Below, in pieces: positions 25,382-42,575 of a stretch of DNA of 64,000 bases. Where the stretch lies: NCBI RefSeq assembly GCF_009914755.1, contig NC_060927.1. The stretch is one strand, 5' to 3'. Source of the DNA: the human T2T-CHM13v2.0 reference genome, Homo sapiens. Position numbers and translations under genes: made by a program. Under the pieces are notes generated by a model. It did no database searches, was not told the DNA's origin, and saw only the letters and a program-made list of their open reading frames with translations. Each line of letters starts with the position of its first letter. Positions within the stretch are counted from its first letter, which is position 1.

Positions 25382-27082
25382 GATCCTACCATACCATTCT
25401 ACCCCAATGCCCTGTAGAAACTAACATAGGGATGAGAAAGAGATGCAACCTACCTTCTGGTTCTAACATGAATGGTCTGCCTGCTGTTCCTACCCCTACC
25501 TCCACCAAGGTTATGGTTGAACATTCCCTGGGGACTCTCAGAGTGACTCCTTTCCTTCACTGCATACCTCAATAGAAGCCCTAATGAGTTTCTGGGAGTG
25601 ATGGTTTGTGGCACCATGTTGAGAATCACAGTAAGCTTGTTTCAGATGGTGGGTTCTCCTAAGGCTGATGCAGGTACAGAAACTAGAGACTACTGGCCAC
25701 ATGGCTCTTTTCAAATGTTTCCCACAGAAATATCACTGTCAGTGGAGGATAAACTTGTGTCTTCCTCCTCAGGTCTTGAGGCAAAACTTGAAGCACATCC
25801 CTGCATGCTTTAGTTTTGTTTGTTTGTTTGTTTGTTTTTTACTGGCATCATGTTTGTTCATTACAATTTATAGAAATGTGGGCTGCAACTCCATGATCTT
25901 TTCATGATTGCTTAATATAGAAATAAACAGTAGACAAAAAAAGAAAAAGAAAAAAATAAAAAAGGAATAAACAGTAGAAACATGCTGTTTATCCTTTTGT
26001 GTTTGGGTGGTGAATGGAGACGGAGAAGAGTCCCGAGTTGAACTCCCAAAGCTGAGTTGTGGATGAGCTCAAATTATCGTTGGGCTACTTTGTTCTAGAT
26101 GACAGTCTGCCTTTCATAGTCGAAATGGATTAAACTAGAAAAACAAATACATTGAGACATTTGCTTTTGCGGCCTGGGTGTTGGTGTTACCTCATCTCTG
26201 CAGCATTAAAAAAAAAGGGAGGAATAGGAACTCAGCCAATTTGCCATCAGTCCACAGAGTGAGATTCAGCTCGTTTTGTTGGATTCTGGATGCATGTTTT
26301 TCGGCTCTCTTCTGCTGACAATTATATTTAATGGTAATTTAAGAAATTGATTGATGCCATTGAGTCCTATGCAGTTTTACAATTGATTTCTAATCTTCTC
26401 TGGAAACTTGAAGATACAGAGAAGAAAAGAAACGAAAGAATGAAGACACTCATCATGTGCCTACTGTGTGCCAGACACTCTCTCTTATGCCATTTCAGTC
26501 TCACAATCACCCTGTAAGGGAGAGAAGACCCTGAAGTCTGGGAAGTGAGATGGGCTGCCTAAGGTCACACACCTGGGGTAGCAGGAAGTAGACTCAGTCC
26601 TGTTGGGCGTCAGGACCCAGGCTCCTTCCACCTTGCTGCTTCTCCTCATAATCACCAGATGTTTTCAAAATCCAGAGAAGCTGGTGCCAAACTCAATTTT
26701 TCACAAACCAAGCAGAGACTAGAGCTCCTTGTGTGGGGAGATATGTCCAGGGGATGTCCTGCCATCAGTGTCCTCCTAGAGCTGGGGGCATTTGGCCAGA
26801 GTGCCCCAAAGGGGTGCAGGATCATTCCTGTGGTGGTGAAGCAGGGGGGACCAACCCATGAGCAGCTGCAAGAGGAGAAATGGAGGCAAAAAGAGCAGTA
26901 ACAACTACTGAAATTAATCTATCCCCTCCTCTGCACTGGTCACCTTGCTGGGCCAGTTCTCATCCTGACCCTACAAGGAAGGTATCATTATAAGCATTTT
27001 ACAGATGAAGAAGAAACTGAGCCTCAGAGAGTTGACACAACTTGGCCAAAGTCACACAACAAAGTTTTCTCCTGGAATTTGA

Positions 27083-27417
<335 letters not shown>

Positions 27418-28069
27418 AGTTTGTGCTGTTTCTACTGTGCCAAGCCATCCTCTGGAGGTAACTTTGAGGTCCATTTTCTTTTTCTCTCCCATTGCAGACC
27501 ACTTTGGGGACTGCTTTTTATGTAGGTTGCTTGTCATGTTTTCTTTTTCTATTTCATTGTCCCTGCATATTATTTACCCCTTTGCTTTTCCCTGACATTC
27601 TCCTCATCATTGTGGTTTTTCCTCCCTAAGTAGCAACCGTCATCTGGGGTCATCTTTGGCCTCTTTCTGCAGGTACACAAACCTGCTGCTGTTCCCTTCT
27701 GTTGGAGCTGCTGCACTCCCCCTTCCATACCCGAAACCGGTACAGAAAAAGCATATCTGCAACAGACATACCTGGAGGGTGAGGGCCAAATAAAAGAAAT
27801 GGTAGGTTTTGGTGTTCTGTACAGTCAGTGAGATTTCTTGGTAGGAAACCTAGAAGGATTTCTAAACCCAGCCATCACTGCTATAGCCTCCAAAAGGACT
27901 TCCCAGGAAAAAAATGTCAAACTGGAGGGATAAACAAATATTGGTCTTGGCTACTTTGGCTGTTCATCTTTCCAGAAATAGGACCTGGGGAGGTGGTCTT
28001 CTCAGACAGGGTCTGTCCAGTTTTTCCCATCATATTGGGTTCCACTTTATTAAATGGAAAATTTGAAAA

Positions 28070-28700
28070 TAGCACCTCAAACTCAACACGTCCCACATTC
28101 AACTTGTATCCTAGTACCCCACACATTTGCATCTTCCCTGTGTTTCTTTCCTTAGAGAATGGCTCCCACTCTCTGCAAATTCAGTCAAGCTAGGAACCTC
28201 AGGGTTAGCTGAGACTTCCCCTCTCCTGGACCCCCTTCCACCTTCAGTCCCTGAGCGATGACAATTCATTTTGCTTTCTTGTTGATTTCCAAATCTGCTG
28301 CGAAAGAGGAAGATTCCTCATTGCTGCACTTCCTGCCTGCGTTTAGGCTTGCATCCTCTCTCCCTGGACAGCTGTGCTGGCCTCCTGGTCATTTTCCCTG
28401 CCACAAGCATTGTTGTGCCAGTCCAATCTCCTAATCTATACCTTCTGTCCTGCAGCCAGAATGAGCTTCCCAAAGTACAGATCTAATCATGTCACTCTCC
28501 CGTGATTTCATCTTGTCACAGTCTCCCTGATACTTCCAATATAAAATCTTAAACTACTTTGGCCAGCCTGTAAGACCCTTTGTGATTTGGCCCCCTCTTA
28601 CCTTGTTCTGAGTCATTTTTCACCTCTTCCCACTCCTTCCTGTGCTCCGCACATTTTGAACCACTTCATTTGGAAGTTTAAGTAGTTATCACTCCTTGTG
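28070..28700 (+). mobile_element. L2 fragment
   Basis: gcacctcaaactcaacacgtccc...ctgcagccagaatgagcttcccaaagtacagatctaatcatgtcactc. Confidence 0.7.
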
Positions 28701-28709
28701 GCTCCCTGA

Positions 28710-29097
<388 letters not shown>

Positions 29098-31248
29098 TGA
29101 TTTTAAAGACAAGCCTCGCTGACTCTGAAGATCAGGGTCTTTAAGACAGAATAGGGGAGCCTGGTGTACTTCGTGGAGTCCTCCAGGTCTGCAATGAGGA
29201 AGAGGAGGAGGTGGAAACATTGCGACTCAGAAAGCCCTGACATCATCTCACTGTAGCCCTATCCTTTTTCTCTGACCCAGATGGTGTTGCAGATGTGAGG
29301 GGTGACTGAGCCCCAAGATTAATAATCATTGCAAAACTCACTGGGGCCAAGGAGAAAGCAAACCATTCATCATGTGAACTGTGCTCAGATTCCATTGCTT
29401 GAGTTTAATCAGACTAATGAACCAGCTGGCTTCCTTTCTAAAATGATTTCTGCTGTTTCCATAACTGAATAACAGCACAGCAGGATTTGAAAGGAAGAGA
29501 GAAGAAAATTCGACTGGGGAGAAAAGACATCCTCCAAGTTAGCCAGCTGACAAGTTGGCTGTGCTGGTAAATGCCGGGCAGAGTGGCTGGGGTATGAGGA
29601 GGAACTGTGTGGGACCTTGCTGATGTCCAGTCCAGGCCTATTATCTCCAAGCAAATGTTCTCAAGGAAGAGAGGAGATTTTTTAAAGGGTGGATAAGGAC
29701 AGCTCCAGGGGACTTACAGGCCAGTGTGCTCAAAGAACAGCCAGGGTATTGAAGGAAGCTGAACCCAATGAATACATTCATTTATCTAACATTTATTGAT
29801 TCTGCCGTGTGCTGCAATATTTTAAACACTGAAAATACAATGATGGGCTCTGCCTCAAATAGTTTAAAATCAAGGCAATTATTTTCAAATATCTTTAAAC
29901 CACAAAATCATTTGTTCAAACAAAGCCTTTAAGATAAACCCAACAGTGAAACAAAGGCAAAGCTCTATGTGGCCCCAATGAGCCCCTTCTGAACACTACA
30001 CAGAGTTAAGTGGACCATGCTGAGGAGCAGGACTCGTGGGCAGAGGACACAGAACTGTCTTCTAACATTTGATGGTGATCCTGGGGAAGAAGGGTCTGAT
30101 GTATCCATTGTGGTTCCATGTTAGTCAAAACTCTATTAAGAAGAAACAATAGAAAGTGAACCCAAACCGCTGAATTATCAAGCTGCAGGAAGAACAGGGA
30201 AATGAATGGATCTCATGAACAACTGGAATCAGGGATGGAATGTCATCAGTTCTGTATCTTCCCCTCCCCTTTCCTCCTAAGCCCAATCTTATCTCTGCTT
30301 CTTTCTGAACTTCAGCCTCATCCTCTCACACTCCAGACCAACTTTCTCTAGATGGCAGAAAACAATGATATCTTGTCTTGGTTCTAACTTTTAAAATCCC
30401 AGGGAAGGAATTTGATTGACATGAGTGAAGTGCTCACTCTTGGACCAACCATCTGTGGCCTATGTGGAGGAGAAGATGATAGAAGCTCCAGCTGATTTCG
30501 TGGGGCTGGAAGGAAGTTCCACGGAACTCTCTTAAAGGACCCAAGGGATAGAATCAGAGACAACAAGCCAAAAGTTAGAGGGAAATACATCTTGGCTCAA
30601 GAAAAGAAAAAAGTCCTAATGGTCAGAGATGAGAAAGAGTTTCTCCTGCTGCTTCTAGCAGAATAGAATACATTTTTCATGTGATTCCCTCATGTGCTTT
30701 ACTCAGAGTCAGCCAGGCTGCCTATTTATTTAGGAAAAGTTTTTTGCAGGTTTTGTTTTAGAGCGCACAGGATGTGATTGATAGGCTCTTCTTACAGAAT
30801 GCCTAAGTATGTCATGTTGGGCTGAACCTCTCCTTGTTCAGTAGTAATAATAGTAATGATGGCTACTGAATGTCATGGCATTAATTTCACACTTTATCTT
30901 ACTTAATCTTTGAATAAGTCCCTTAGGATGAGTTTTATCTCATTTTTCTTATAAGGAAACCAAGAGTGAGAAAAGTTAGGCAACTTGCTCAAAGTTACTC
31001 AGTGACTAAGTGGTGGAGCTGGGATTTGAACTGCAAAGTCTTGCTATTAATCGCTGCCCTATATTGCCTTCAAGACCCATCCTCCAACGCTAACCCCGTC
31101 TGTGTCTTTTTTGGCCAGGATAAGTGCCTGCTTGACATTCAATTGGCTCTGGGGCTTTTGAAATTATCATTTTAGCATGAAAAATGTCAGTGCTAGAGAC
31201 AGAATGAGTGACCAGGAGAGATATTGAGGTAGGGATGGGAATGATTTA

Positions 31249-31553
<305 letters not shown>

Positions 31554-31974
31554 GCAGAAGATTAAAATTCATTCATCCACTCATTCCACAAACATTTGCT
31601 GAATTCATAATACTCTAGAGATAACTCAAAGTACCTTCTAGTCTACTCCATGCTCTACATTCTAAGGGAGTCCCCACCCAGAGGCCTTGCCTCAGTGAGT
31701 GGCCATGAACATTTGAGTACCCATGTCCTATGCCATATGGTAGCCCACACACTGACACCCTGACTGGGCCATTTGATCACCTGACATAAGGATGGCCAAC
31801 TAACCTAGAGGTTGGCCAGTGGTTATAACTTGGGCTTGCCTTGAAAAGATGAGCTGGGACAAAAGGATCCTACTGCTCTGAAAACCTAAGCCAAGAGACA
31901 CAAAGAGAAATTGCCAGTTAGCTCTGGGAAGAGAGGGACAAACTTATGGGTTTGGGTGCTGGTATGGCCATATG

Positions 31975-32102
31975 GATTGGATGACCAAACATCCCAGTTT
32001 GCCATGGAGAATCCCAGTTTATCCCAGCATAATTATGACTAGGATCCCTTTCTCTCTCATAAGTATCCTAATTTGGAGGAAAAAACTATTCAATCACCCT
32101 AA
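31975..32102. mobile_element. MER94-like hAT-Blackjack MITE
   Basis: gatgaccaaacatcccagtttgcc...cccagttta...tcctaatttggag...tcacccta. Confidence 0.6.
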
Positions 32103-32139
32103 TTATGGACCATGATGGGATGCGGAGTGGGAAAGGAGA

Positions 32140-34293
<2,154 letters not shown>

Positions 34294-34844
34294 GTTATCA
34301 AAGTGGCAGCTAAATGATTAGAACTCAATTAAGGAAGAGGGGTCTTGGCTGAAGATGCTAAATGGTGTGTGGTTGTCAGGGAGGTAGTTTCATTCATGGG
34401 AACGGAAACAGCACCCAGAAAAGATGAGTAGGGTGAGGAGAAGGCGGGTGAGAGAGATGAGTCGTGAGGACAACCCTCACAGCTGACTGTACTTCTGTGT
34501 TTCTTACTCTCCTTTGTATTCTAGTTATATTTTTTTCTTGCCATTCTCCGCCGTAGACTGCAATCTTTTTGAGGTCTGGCACCCTTGTAATCCGTGAGTC
34601 ACTCAGCATAGTGCATTTACATAGCACATTGTTAGTATGTATTTGGCTGAATGATGGAAGTGTTTTAAAGGCCCATGAGATTGACCACCAAGAGGTCACT
34701 GATAACCTTGGGTGGGTATTTTTTCATGATGTGCTGGGGCAGATGCCAGGGTGCAATGTTACATGGAACAGAGGGTGATGGGAACACAAACCAGTAACTC
34801 AAGCTATAATCTGGGCTGCCTCCCTTTCCTCTAGCCCATTCTCT

Positions 34845-35548
34845 TGTTACAGTAGGTAGCTAGTCAGACATGAGCAGGGCAGGAGAGTGCCAAACCCCAC
34901 CAGGAATGTCAGGCAACCATCAAGTGTGGTCAGGTGGCGTTAAGCTGTCTCTCTAAAATAATAATTGGTCACAGCCAGTGCCAGAGAAAAGCAGTCTCCC
35001 GATAGATGGAAAAAAACCTGAAACTGGTGATCAGCATCTTCCCAATAAGATTTCAAGATTTGGTTGAGTGGGCTCAAGCATGTACACTAAGAGGCAAAAT
35101 GGTGGAGTTTAACTGGTGTGCGACCTTCTAGGAACATTGAACTGGTAAGGGAAGAACGCCTCAAGTGAGCATGCGTGCAACTCCAGTAAACACGCTGCAC
35201 ATGCAGCTCCTTCCAAGGGCTGGCAGGCCACTGTGCATGCAGAGAGCCCACCCTAAGGGAAGAATCAGGAGAGGAGAGATGCAAACTCTGGAAGCATGCC
35301 AACATTTAAAGCCCCAAGTCAAAGGTCAAACTGCGCACTTGATCTCTCAAGTCGCCTGCTTGGCTCTCTTCCAAGTGTACTTTACTCCCTTTTGTTCCTG
35401 CTCTAAAGCTTTTTAATAAACTTTCACTCCTGCTCTAAAACTTGCCTTGGTCTCTCACTCTGCCCTGTGCCCCTCGGTTGAATTCTTTCTTGTGAGGAAG
35501 CAAGAACTGAGGTTGCTGCAGACCCGTATGGATTCGCCGCTGCTAACA
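34845..35548 (+). mobile_element. ERV1 LTR (MER50-like)
   Basis: TG...CA termini tgttaca...ctaaca; tgttacagtaggtagctagtcagacatgagcagggcaggagag; poly-A signal aataaa near 35415; followed by a PBS-like sequence. Confidence 0.85.
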
Positions 35549-36519
35549 TAATTTGGTACCTCATGACTCAGATATGTTCCCTAGTGGTAACTCTCTCACA
35601 CCTCACATTTTGAAGGAGGTATTTTTAATTATTCTTGAATAAAGGAATTGAGTCATTTGGGAGGGACAATAGCAAAGGGAGGAGTCAGAATGTCTATTGA
35701 CCTGTTTTGTTTTTCCCTTTAAGGGTAATGCCACTAGAAAACCAACAGTACCACAATGTAATAGGAAGCATTATACTACGTGAAACTCCAGCTCTGTACT
35801 TGGGAAGGGCACCATTCAGATAGCCCAGAATCATAGGAAGAACTTTGGAATTTGAAATCAGATCAACCTGGGGCCAGTATCCAGGTCTATGCTTTACTTA
35901 CCTAATAGCTTTGTAAACTTTGTAAAGTTTCAATATCTCTGAATATTAAGTCACTTATCAGAAAAATGGGCATAATAGTGAGTACCTTTCAGTTTGCATA
36001 GCTAATCCATGGGTAACAGAAACTGAAACTTACAGAGGTTTTATTTACATACTCAAGGCACTTGGCTAGTAAGTGATAGAGCTGGGATTTCGACCCAGCT
36101 GTCCTCAGTTTTGGTGCTTTTGTACTTTCTAGGGCACACCGCTGCTTGGCACACCGATGACTTGTACATGCCCTCAACTCCTCTTTGGGAATGAAACAAG
36201 GCATAAATAACTAGAGAAATGCTCAGATCAAGAGTATATCAAATCCTCTTCCTTATCCTCATTTTCCTTGGGACCTTAGGAAAACCTCTATTATCACTGA
36301 GGTTTCTCATCTCAGGTTGGGAAATTATACGGCCCACTACACAGGCTAATTTTGAGGCTTAGAAGAGTTAATGTCAACAAAGGCACCCAGCAGTGTTTAC
36401 ACAGTAGGTGCTAATGAAATGGTAGCTAAGGGTGATTCTAACTTTGGGGTGTGGGGTTAGCTCTTCTAACAAGCTTTGCTGATAATGACAGTGATTGTTG
36501 CTGTGGTGGAGGTAGTTGT

Positions 36520-36740
36520 AGTAAGAAAAGCATTAGCTAACATTTGTAGAACACTGGAAAATCTTCACGTGCCAGGAAGTAAGTCTCATTTAAATTCACG
36601 ACAACCCTGTTAAACAGGTGTCATTATTTATTCCCATCTTACAGATAAAGATAGCAAGGCATGAAGAAAGAGAATAAGTAACATGCCCAAAGTCATCTAG
36701 TTAGTAAGCAGTAGAACAGGGATCATATCCAGGGCTCAGT
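36520..36740 (-). mobile_element. MIR SINE
   Basis: tctcatttaaattcacgacaaccctg...attcccatcttacagataaag...tgcccaaagtcatctagttagtaagc. Confidence 0.75.
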
Positions 36741-38264
36741 GTATCAGTGATGTTTCCACCTCCAGTGGATTCCAACACATGAACCCCAGGGTTTGGTCAT
36801 AATTTATTCCCTTTGTGGGGTCTTTTGTGCTAAAAAGGAAATAGGAAGGCTCCTCACAAGCAGACCCGGCTGGTTTCCTTACCGTAATTCTGGGAGCTGA
36901 TTCTGGGCTTTCGAGGACAGTGCTAACAGCTAGGCTAGAGGGGAGGCCATTGTCATGAAGTCATTGTCTCTAAATGGCTCCTTAACCCCAGCCTGTACTT
37001 CTGTGGCCCTGTGGCCTGCCAGTTCCCACTGAGAGACCCTGCCAGCCTTGCTGAGGCCACCGGGAGGGAGAGACGCGTGGGCTAAAGGCTGGAGAGACCC
37101 TCACATAGAGACTGGGAGAGAAGCAGAGTGAGAAAACCTGCTGAGTGAACTGAGTGGATGGGCAGCAGGGAGTCTGCCAGTCCGCTCATCTGTATGCTCT
37201 GAGGCTGAGAGCTGTGCGGAAGCCACTGCCCGGGCAGCGTCATTCGAATGTGGGTCATGAACCAATCGAGGCTCAGAGGCACCGTTCTGAGCTTCTGGGG
37301 GTTCTGATCCCATTCCCTGCTTGCCCCTGTCCTCTGTCCAACAATGAGATCGGCCTGTGGGTGTGGTGTGTACATTCCCATACCAGAGAAGCAGAAAAAA
37401 ACGAAAGTCCTGGGATCCATCCCCATCCCAGAATCCAGTCCCAGGACTGTGTCCTCTCACTCTCCCTGAAGCCGCTCTGGAGTCCTCTCCCCCAGATTGT
37501 TGGCAAAGCTGCAGAGCTTCTGATTCAGTGACATTTTACAGGATCACTGTGTTCTTTCTTTAGAGCCATTTCAGATAGAACTGAGAACAGGAAGCCCACT
37601 GTCTCAGAGGATTAGATCGAGAATGGTGTTCCCCCAGCAGCTGAAGGCTGCAGGGTCTCAGAGCAGTGGGAGAGAAGAGGGAAGGAACCAACACCCCTTG
37701 TGTTCCAAGACTTGCATCACGTATTTTTACATATTGTCTTTTCTTTTAATCCTCTCAGGAATACTAGAAAGCGGGCAAAACTGTCCCCATTTACAGGTAG
37801 AGAACTGAGGCTGAGAGGGATAAAAGTGGCTTGCCTAAGATAATTCAGCAAAGTAAGTAGCCTGAAAGGCTTTAACACCAGTTTTCTCTAATTCTCCATG
37901 ATGACTGTTCCTGCATGTCATGCATCCCCCAAGTTTTGCCACAAGCCAGGATTCCTGGGACACATTGCTGGGTTATAAGTCAATGCTGAATGTTGTGAGT
38001 TGGAGGTGCTTGCTTGTGCACAGGGGTCATTGTGCCTTATCCCCTTCTACAGAGTCTTAATCTAAGTCTGTCAGAAATTCTCATGGAAAGGCCAAAAATT
38101 CTGGAGCAGGAGGAAAATGTGTGGGTCATTTAATTCAAATTCCCAATTCATGAATTAAAGTTACAGTACCTAAAGTAAACAGTTTGCTAGTTTGTGCTTG
38201 GAGATTTATAGATTGTAAAGGACTTTTATAAAGGGAGGAATTTTTATAAGAAATAGTAACAAGT

Positions 38265-38574
38265 GGCCGGGCGCGGCGCGTCATGCCTGTAATCCCAGCA
38301 CTTTGGGAGGCCGAGGCGGGCAGATCACCTGAGGTCAAGAGTTCGAGACCAGCCTGGCTAACATGGTGAAACCCCGTCTCTACCAAAAATACAAAAAATT
38401 AGCTGGGCATGGTGGCAGGTACCAGTAATCTCAGCTAGTGGGTAGGCTGAGGCAGGAGAATTGCTTGAACTAGGAGGCGGAGGTTGCAGTGAGCTGAGAT
38501 CGCGCCATTGCACTCCAGCCTGGGCAACAAGAGAGAAACTCTGTCTCAAAAAATCAAAAAAAAAAAAAAAAAAA
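38265..38574 (+). mobile_element. Alu (AluSq-like)
   Basis: ggccgggcgcgg...ctgggcaacaagagagaaact, poly-A. Confidence 0.96.
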
Positions 38575-38639
38575 GAAAGAAACAAGCGAGATTTGACCCC
38601 CACAAAGCACAGACTTACACATCAAACACCCAGAATTAT

Positions 38640-39090
38640 GTGGTGGCAGTGGTCATGATGAAGGTGGTGTGGGATTGGTAACAGTAGTGATGGTGGCAGT
38701 GATGATGGTCATGATGGAGGTGGAGGTGATGATGGAGATGAGAATGACAATAATTACAACAATGAGGGGAGAGTGGCCATGATGGTGTTGGTGGTTATAG
38801 TGGTAGAACTGGCAGTGATGGTGGTAAGGGAGGACAATGGGGGGTGGTAGTGGAGGTAGAGGTGGCAATGATGGTGGCAGTGTAAGTAGTAAGGCCAGTG
38901 GTGGAAGCAATGTTGGCAGAGGAGGTGATGGTGGCCAATGATGAAGGTAGTGGTGATAATGGTGGTTGGAGATGAAGGTAGAGATGAAGGAGGAGGTGCA
39001 AGGGTGGTAATGGTGGTTAGAGATGGAGAGGGAGGAAATACTAGAGGAGGAGGAAAGGATAAAGGTGGAAATGGGGGTAGGGGTGATCTT
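38640..39090. repeat. (TGG/TGA/GGA)n low-complexity tract
   Basis: Degenerate G-rich triplets. Confidence 0.9.
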
Positions 39091-39215
39091 GGGGAAGAAA
39101 GCGTGTCTCACTCTCTAAGATTTCTTGCGAGTTGGAGTCCCCAAAGCCTGAGGCACCAGTGCACATGCGGAAAGCCCCAGGCCCAGTAATGACAGAGCGT
39201 GATTTCCTTCCCAGG

Positions 39216-39671
39216 TGCTACAGTTGGGTTTGTTTGTCCCCTGCAAATCTCATGCTGAAATCTGATTCCCAATGCTGAGGTGGACTTCATGGGAGGCATT
39301 TGGGTCATGAGGTGGTTGGGTCATGGATGGACCCCTCATGAATAGCTAATGCCCTCCCTGAGTCAGAGGGTGGGGAGGTTGTTGGCTGAGTTCTCACTGT
39401 ATTAGCTCCCATGAGAGCTGGTTGTTAAAAAGAACCTGGCACCACATCCCCTCTTGCTTCCTGTCTTACCACTCTATCTCTGCATATGCCAGCTCTACTT
39501 TGCCTTGTGCCATGAATGAAAGCAGCCTGAGGCCCCCACCGGAAGTAGATGCTGGTGCCATGCTCCTTGTATGGCCTGTAGAACCATGAGCCAAATAAAT
39601 CTCTTTTCTTTATAAATTATGCAGCCTCAGGTTTTCCTTTATATCAATAGCAACATAAATGGACTAAGACA
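39216..39671 (+). mobile_element. MST-family (ERVL-MaLR) solo LTR
   Basis: tgctacagtt...aaatctcatgctgaaat...ccaaataaatctcttttctttataaatta...ggactaagaca; perfect 5-bp TSD ccagg. Confidence 0.92.
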
Positions 39672-42379
39672 CCAGGACACTAAACAATTGTCCAGATTGC
39701 CCCAGGGTAACTCATCCCTGTGAGGAGAATGAATAAATCCATGGATGTCTCCTGGCCTGTATCGCTAAGGGTGCTGCTTTGTTCTGGTGTCTGCCTAGGC
39801 TGGAATCCTGCATGCCAAAGCCATTGGCCTTCATTCCCATGTGGCCAGGGGATAGGGCCCTCAGGCTTGATAGAGTTATCTAAGCTGCGTGGGAATGCTT
39901 ATGATGGAAACAATCAGGTCCACACACTCTAACACATTTCCTCTGATAGGCACATATATACTCACACACTCTGACACATCCACACACACATATCTGCACA
40001 CACAGAGAGAGTTTCTGCAGAAGCTCATGCTCTTTGTCTTTAGAGCCAGTAGACAGAGGATGGAGTGTGTGCTCAATATGCAACATGTCCACCTCCACCA
40101 TCCTGATCTGGAGTGGTTATGTAGTGCTGGCAGCTTTGCCACTGACTCAGCCACTGAGACACCACCAGTGAAGAAAAATGAGGTTGTTTGCCTCTCTGAA
40201 GTGAGAGCACACCAGATGAAGACTCACAAAGGGTGGCCTTGACAGCAGCTATTGATGGCCCCACGCTTGCCTCCAGGTTTGCCTTCTATTTCATTCTAGC
40301 GACCCTCTCATCTGTCAGGAGTAATATACGGGATATTTGATGAAAACATCCTCCATTCTGTGTTATCTGTATTGATTTGTATGGCTCATTGGCTTCCCTT
40401 CAGAAGTGGCTAGTTGCAAGGCTGGCTTAGTACAGCCTTGACCCGTAAGACTCCTGCTGTTTATTATGCTCCACAGTACTCCTTCCCCACAAAAACATGT
40501 GTGGTTCATACTCCATGCAACCCTCTATCCACCACCTCAAGCACTCCTAGTGGTACCACCCAAATCATAGATTCACTGAAGTGCCTTCCTTTAATACGAT
40601 TTCTTAATTCCTTACATGGAGTAAGTAATAATCTCTAGAGCAAGAAGGCAGAAGAGCATGTGAATGTCATTCCTTCTTTGGTGCCTGGTGCTTAGGCGGC
40701 ATTTAGAACATGTGTGTTCCAGGAAAGGCATGGGGGCTGGGGGATACAGGTGTAGAAGCTCTGCGTGTTTTCAAGGCCACATTAACCATGGTGCAGGGAA
40801 AGAGTCAACCCAAAACTTGGACGGTCTCCAGGAACAGAGGCCCCAGCTCAACACAACCACACCATATATATGGTTTCCTAGGTCTACAGGCTGTAAAGAC
40901 AGCCACCAGGCAGTCCCTGCCTGGATGGCTTTGCACAAGACAATGGCACATGTTGGTACCTAGCAGTTCTCCAGAGACCCAATTTTAATGGTTTCTTTTA
41001 TATCATAATTGCCTCCATGAAGACAAGTTGGCCCATGACAACTATAGCCTTTTGAAATTCTGGACAGTGACTCAGAGATTAGCCAGAAACCACACCGTGT
41101 CATCTGCAGGCACAAGACTTAGGCACTGTATGTACCTGGCAAGAATGTCTTTGCCATCCTGCCTAAATTCCACCCTAGATACAAGGAGAGGCCCTCAAAT
41201 TCCAGTGAACAAAAGAAGAAAAGGCCAGTTTTAAGGAAATTGCCATTTACTTGAAAAAATAATACCCAGACTCTCTGTAGCAAATTCTGCTGGTTGCCAA
41301 GTGAATTTACCAACTGAATCCTCATTTTATTCAAGGATCCATCCATTACCAACTTGGGGCATTGCACTGGCATCTGTTTCTGATCCAGATGTGGGAATAT
41401 GTATTTGATGCCTTCATTGATACCCAGATTGCATCATGCCTGGGCCTCCAGTTATGTCAGATAATACATTTCCTTATTGTTTCCGTCAGTTCGGTTCCAT
41501 ATGTTCTGTTCCTTACAGCCACAAAGATACTAAGTGAGATGCTTTGCAACACTAGCTGGAGAGGAAGATTCTCCATGTCTCCATGTGAAGAGAGGCAGAG
41601 AACAACACAGCCCCGCTCTTCTTTCCAGAAGGTCATCTCCCATGGTGACCTCAGAGGGCACTGCTCCTCTTTAATTCCCCAACCACAATCCTTTTATAAG
41701 CTCCACCCATAGAGCAGAGGGCAGGCTGGAGTATTTAAACAACCCTATCCCAGTGCTCTGGGATATCAATAGGAAAATAAGCATGGAGAACAATTTGTAA
41801 TGAGATAATCTGGTTTTCAACATGTGATTTGGTTTTCTTCAGATTGTGGCATTGGTTTTCATTCAGTCTTTATATGATGGGCTCCACCTAGCATCATAGA
41901 GTCATGCCTTAGAGATCTATGCTCTTTGACATCTAGTCTGTGAGTGTGTGTGTGAGAAAGAGAGATACAGGGAATTCTCTCTCCCACTTCTCCGTTTCCT
42001 GTCTCAGGTCCTGCCTCTTCCTACACGATGATTGACTCAGGAAAGTCCACATTTCCCAGTCATAGGAAGAAGTCCTACTTAAGGCCACAACAGTTGCCTA
42101 CCTGCAATGAATATTTATTGAATAATGAATGAGAAGAAAACTCCATCCCAGTTCAAGACATGACTCCAGCACTGATACAAGAGCCAGAAATAGGCTATAA
42201 GGGGGATAAGAGGATTAGTATAAGACATCTAGTGAGCCACACCTTTCCACCTACTGTGGATCCCCAGATCAGCTGGGCCCATGCCTGTACAGCCCCTGTT
42301 GAGCACAACATGAAGAGGCATTACAGCACATCTCCTCCAACCCATATTGGCAGTGGAGTGTGGTAGGAGTGGAATATGG

Positions 42380-42575
42380 GCCCATTGCCTGGCCTTGATC
42401 CCTTTTCTGCCATCTGCTTGTTGTGTGAACTTAAGCAAGTTATTTAGTTCTGTGGGCCTCAGTTTCTTCTTGTTCAAGCCTACTATATATGTAGCCATGA
42501 TGATTAAAAAGATAAAATATATACCTGTGCCTGGTGCACTAGCAGTTTCCTAGTATGTGGTAGTTTTAGTTATTA
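42380..42575 (+). mobile_element. MIR SINE
   Basis: tgtgtgaacttaagcaagttatttagttctgtgggcctcagtttc...tgtgcctggtgcac. Confidence 0.7.
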
